DNA from: Psammoneis japonica
Lineage: Eukaryota
DNA length: 64,000 nt
Direction: 5' to 3'
Assembly: GCA_008632985.1 (NCBI GenBank)
Contig: QPGO01000068.1
Span: forward strand, 186,001-250,000
A program made the translations under genes and the position numbers. This document shows positions 60,980-64,000 of this stretch, in pieces (the stretch's first letter is position 1; each line of letters starts with the position of its first letter). The notes beneath the pieces are model-generated. The model ran no database searches. It worked only from the letters and a program-made list of their open reading frames with translations, and was not told the origin of the DNA.

Positions 60980-63164
60980 ATGACGACAGAGGCGGCTGAA
61001 TGCAACATTTCAGAGTGGATCGCACACGCCATTGCCGATTGTGGTGTCACGGTAGTGTATGGAGGTCATGGAGGAGCGCTGGTACCACTCGTAAACGCCG
61101 TTGATGCGCATCCTCAGCTCAAATGGGTTTGTGCGAGAAACGAGCACGACGCTGCCACCATGGCTGCGGCACACGCCAAGTATACGGGAGGATTAGGCGT
61201 TGTTATAGCTACATCTGGACCTGGTGCTACGAATCTAGTAACTGGTCTGATGGAGGCAGTCATGGATCACGTTCCACTCCTTGCAATCACCGGTATGAAA
61301 CCTACCGCACAGCTGGGATACTCGGAGTTTCAAGATGTGAATCAGTCAAGAATTTTTAGTAGTTGCGGTGTTGAATGGTCCAAGGATGCGCCTTCTCCAT
61401 CCGGAGTAATTCCATTGCTTCGTGACGCGGTTTCGACGGCGCTAAAGTGCAGAAGCTGCAGTCACTTGGCGATCCCGGTGGACATTCAAGCAGCACCGTC
61501 GCCACTGCCACTGGATCATCGCTTTTGTGCACCTTCTGCATTTCACAAGCTACACAAGCAACGATGCGTAGATTCAAGTATGCTAGATGACTGTGCCAAG
61601 ACACTTGTTGGGGAGATTGATGTACGAAATCCCAGAAGTATCATTTGCGTGGGACGTCGAGCTTGCTACAATGACTTTGGTGACGAAAACTGGAACATTT
61701 CCGAGACAATTCTGGAGCTTGCCGAAGCCTTGAATGCTCCAGTTCTTACACGACTCGATGCCAAGGGCGTTGTGGATGAATATCATCCGCTTGCCTTTGG
61801 AGTCGTTGGAGTTCATGGAAAACCCGGTCTTGAAGCTGCGGCGACCTTAATTTCTACTTCTGACTTGGTTGTCTCGATTGGCGTTGACGACGAAACTCTG
61901 TTGGTGTGCAATGCGGCTGGACTGCAGGTAAACAAGATGCGATGGTATACAACCTCTTTTCGGGTACTAGCTAGGTTTCGTTCCCTTATTCTTTGCTTTT
62001 TTTCATGTCGTCTACAGATTCGGAAAATTGTGGAAATCGAACCTGATTCGATTTGTCTGAGCACTCGCTTTCATTCTGAGCAATCACTCGTCGGAGATAT
62101 CCGCGACGTTTGCCAAAAGCTGACAGATAGGGTCGAAACGCTGTCAGCCAAGAAGAATAAGAAAATCGCAATTGCAAAAGCGAAAGAGGGAGGAGAGGAT
62201 GATTCCGGTAGAACCTTGGATCTTTTCGACTACATGGCTCACAATTCGCAGGAGGCAACCATTGTAGAAAAAGATGGTTATCGTCGCTTAAGCCTCAAAT
62301 CCGTTGACAGGGAGTCCCTAGGAAAAGTATTAGAGGATGCGGACTATCTGTGGGAGCGAGTGCAAAAGGGAGACTGGCAAAAGCTTTTCGGCGTCCGACG
62401 TGCAATGCATTACGAAAATCTAGAATCGTATGCGGGCCATGAGTCTAGCTCGAATTTCTGTCACCCCGCAGCAGTCCTAAACGCCATCTCGAAAGCCAGA
62501 AAAGATAAAAACGTTTGTTCTGTGGCAAGAAAAGCCGCCCTCACGGTGGATGTCGGAGATGTGACACTCGTAAGTTGTTACGTGGAGTATTATTCCCTCC
62601 TGCTTTACAATTTGGTCTTGACTAATGCTGCCGCTCTCTGTGAATCACGTCTCTCTCTCTCTCAAGTGGTCCGGCCTTTGTCTCCACCTAGGACCTGGCT
62701 CCCGAACACTGTACTCGGAACATCTCGGTACAATGGGATACGCTCTGTGTGCCGGAGTGGCTGCCGTTTTAGCAAACGAAAGTCCCGCTGGAGCAATCGT
62801 TCTTGCAGGAGACGGTGGTTTCCAAATGACAATGCAAGAAGTGGCCACCTTTCAGCAGCACAAGAGGCCAGGAGATAAACTCTTGTGCATTGTGTTTGAC
62901 AATGGCTTGTTGGGTAGAGTAGCATTTGGCTTTGACAATGCTCGTGGATGCGAAATGTCCGGATGGGATTACGTTGGCTTTGCCAAGTCCTGCGGAGGCG
63001 GCGGAGTACGCTTGGATCGATCAGAAGACGCGGATGCAGTGATTCGCAAAGCAATGGAAGCAGACGGCCTCTTCCTTGTGCATGTTATTGTTGACCCTGC
63101 TTGCAAGGCAGACATGGCAGCGTTTAAAAGCGATGGCTCTTTGAAAATAATGGACTCGGGCTAA
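60980..63164 (+). CDS. Thiamine-pyrophosphate enzyme, pyruvate oxidase/acetolactate synthase family (introns 61928-62017, 62570-62666)
   Basis: RNEHDAATMAAAHAK, TSGPGATNL, FQDVNQ, DVGDVTL|W, LGTMGYAL, GDGGFQMTMQE...DN TPP motif. Confidence 0.92.
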
Positions 63165-63407
63165 ACAAAGTACGGTAGTAGCTCATGTGTGACTGTAAAG
63201 AATTTTTACTAGAGAGGATATATCTTATACAGCCTTTCCTGGTCTCCTTCTACAAAAACGTGCAGACGTGACTTCTGCAGTTTTATGAATGACAATAGAA
63301 ATCTAATCGCGACCGATTTCTCTGTTGGAAAGGGTATCCAATACACGTTCCAAGAGAATGAGGCGATCGATTGGTGTTGCAACTACAAGAACAAGCGACG
63401 ACCCTTC

Positions 63408-64000
63408 TCAGTCCGTGGCGTCACAAATTCCCGAAGGTCCCACGGCAAACTGGGCATCCGCCTCGGGCAAGGTGGGACTGTCAAAGACGGTGCAGATGCG
63501 GTTTTCCCCGCGTCCCTTCCTCAAGCGCAAGCGCGTCGTGGACGCGTGAGCGATAATGTTGCCCCAATGGGTTTGGTCGAGTCCTTGGCGAAACTCATAC
63601 CGTCAGGGTTCGCCACGACTTGATTAGTGATGAATACGGCAACGCCAAATTCTTCGGCAATCCTGGTGAGCTGGCGGAGGAACTGCCCCATTTGCATCTG
63701 ACGCTCGGATAGTTCACCTCGCCCGACAAAATCTGAACGATAAAGGGCAGTCGCTGAATCGACCACCATCAATGCATAGCGGTCCTGCGACATGATTGCC
63801 GCCGCCATCTTGAGCAGCTCCATTTGATGCTCCGAGTTGTGGGCTCGAGCGTAGGCGACATTCTCGAGAGCCACGGCGGGGTCCAAGCCGAACCGTTCCG
63901 CAATAGCTTGAAGACGATTGGGGCGAAAGCTGCCTTCCGTGTCAATGTAGATGGCCTTGCCTTCAGCTCCACCCTCGGTCACAGCCATTTGGCACGTGAC
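63408..64000 (-). CDS. RAD51: RAD51 recombinase, 3' part (5' end lies outside the window)
   Basis: [46 protein letters not shown]. After a missing G at ~63563 the frame reads [24 protein letters not shown]...CDATD*. Confidence 0.95.

Noticed and set aside
63555..63570. Truncated RAD51 with a novel C-terminus
   Set aside because: Adding one G to the GGGG run restores the canonical [16 protein letters not shown]; probable homopolymer error.

Overview
Eukaryotic nuclear DNA, most likely from a diatom or related stramenopile: introns are mostly about 80-100 nt GT-AG, several proteins carry bipartite signal+'F' plastid-targeting peptides, and there is a nuclear-encoded sigma-70. The gene-dense host sequence encodes a MINDY deubiquitinase, MMAA/MeaB GTPase, a hidden 3-exon ATP synthase subunit f-like gene, four sulfotransferase-like paralogs, an AspH hydroxylase, an RNase H-like protein, an ABHD4/5-like hydrolase, a PDZ-PPR protein, a three-member family built on Pro/Thr-rich membrane proteins, a plastid sigma factor, a CPA2 antiporter, a TEN1-like protein, a TPP enzyme and RAD51. 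Four degenerate transposon islands interrupt it (about 9.15-11.7, 13.8-18.8, 20.6-29.0 and 36.5-38.9 kb). The main finding is in these islands. Besides ordinary CpG decay, they have lost about 90% of TpA dinucleotides (hand count), apparently by TpA->TpG/CpA change (A:T->G:C). Inferred Tyr codons read Cys/His, a GTAAGTA-type splice donor reads GCAAGCA, surviving TpA are mostly YTAR, and neighbouring duplicated host genes are spared. This looks like a TE-directed 'reverse-RIP' adenine hypermutation process. A recurrent TAGGGCCCTA palindrome marks several island borders, and one 6.1-kb TIR element carries a PhyH-type 2OG-Fe(II) dioxygenase. Several single-base frameshifts in conserved genes are probably assembly errors.
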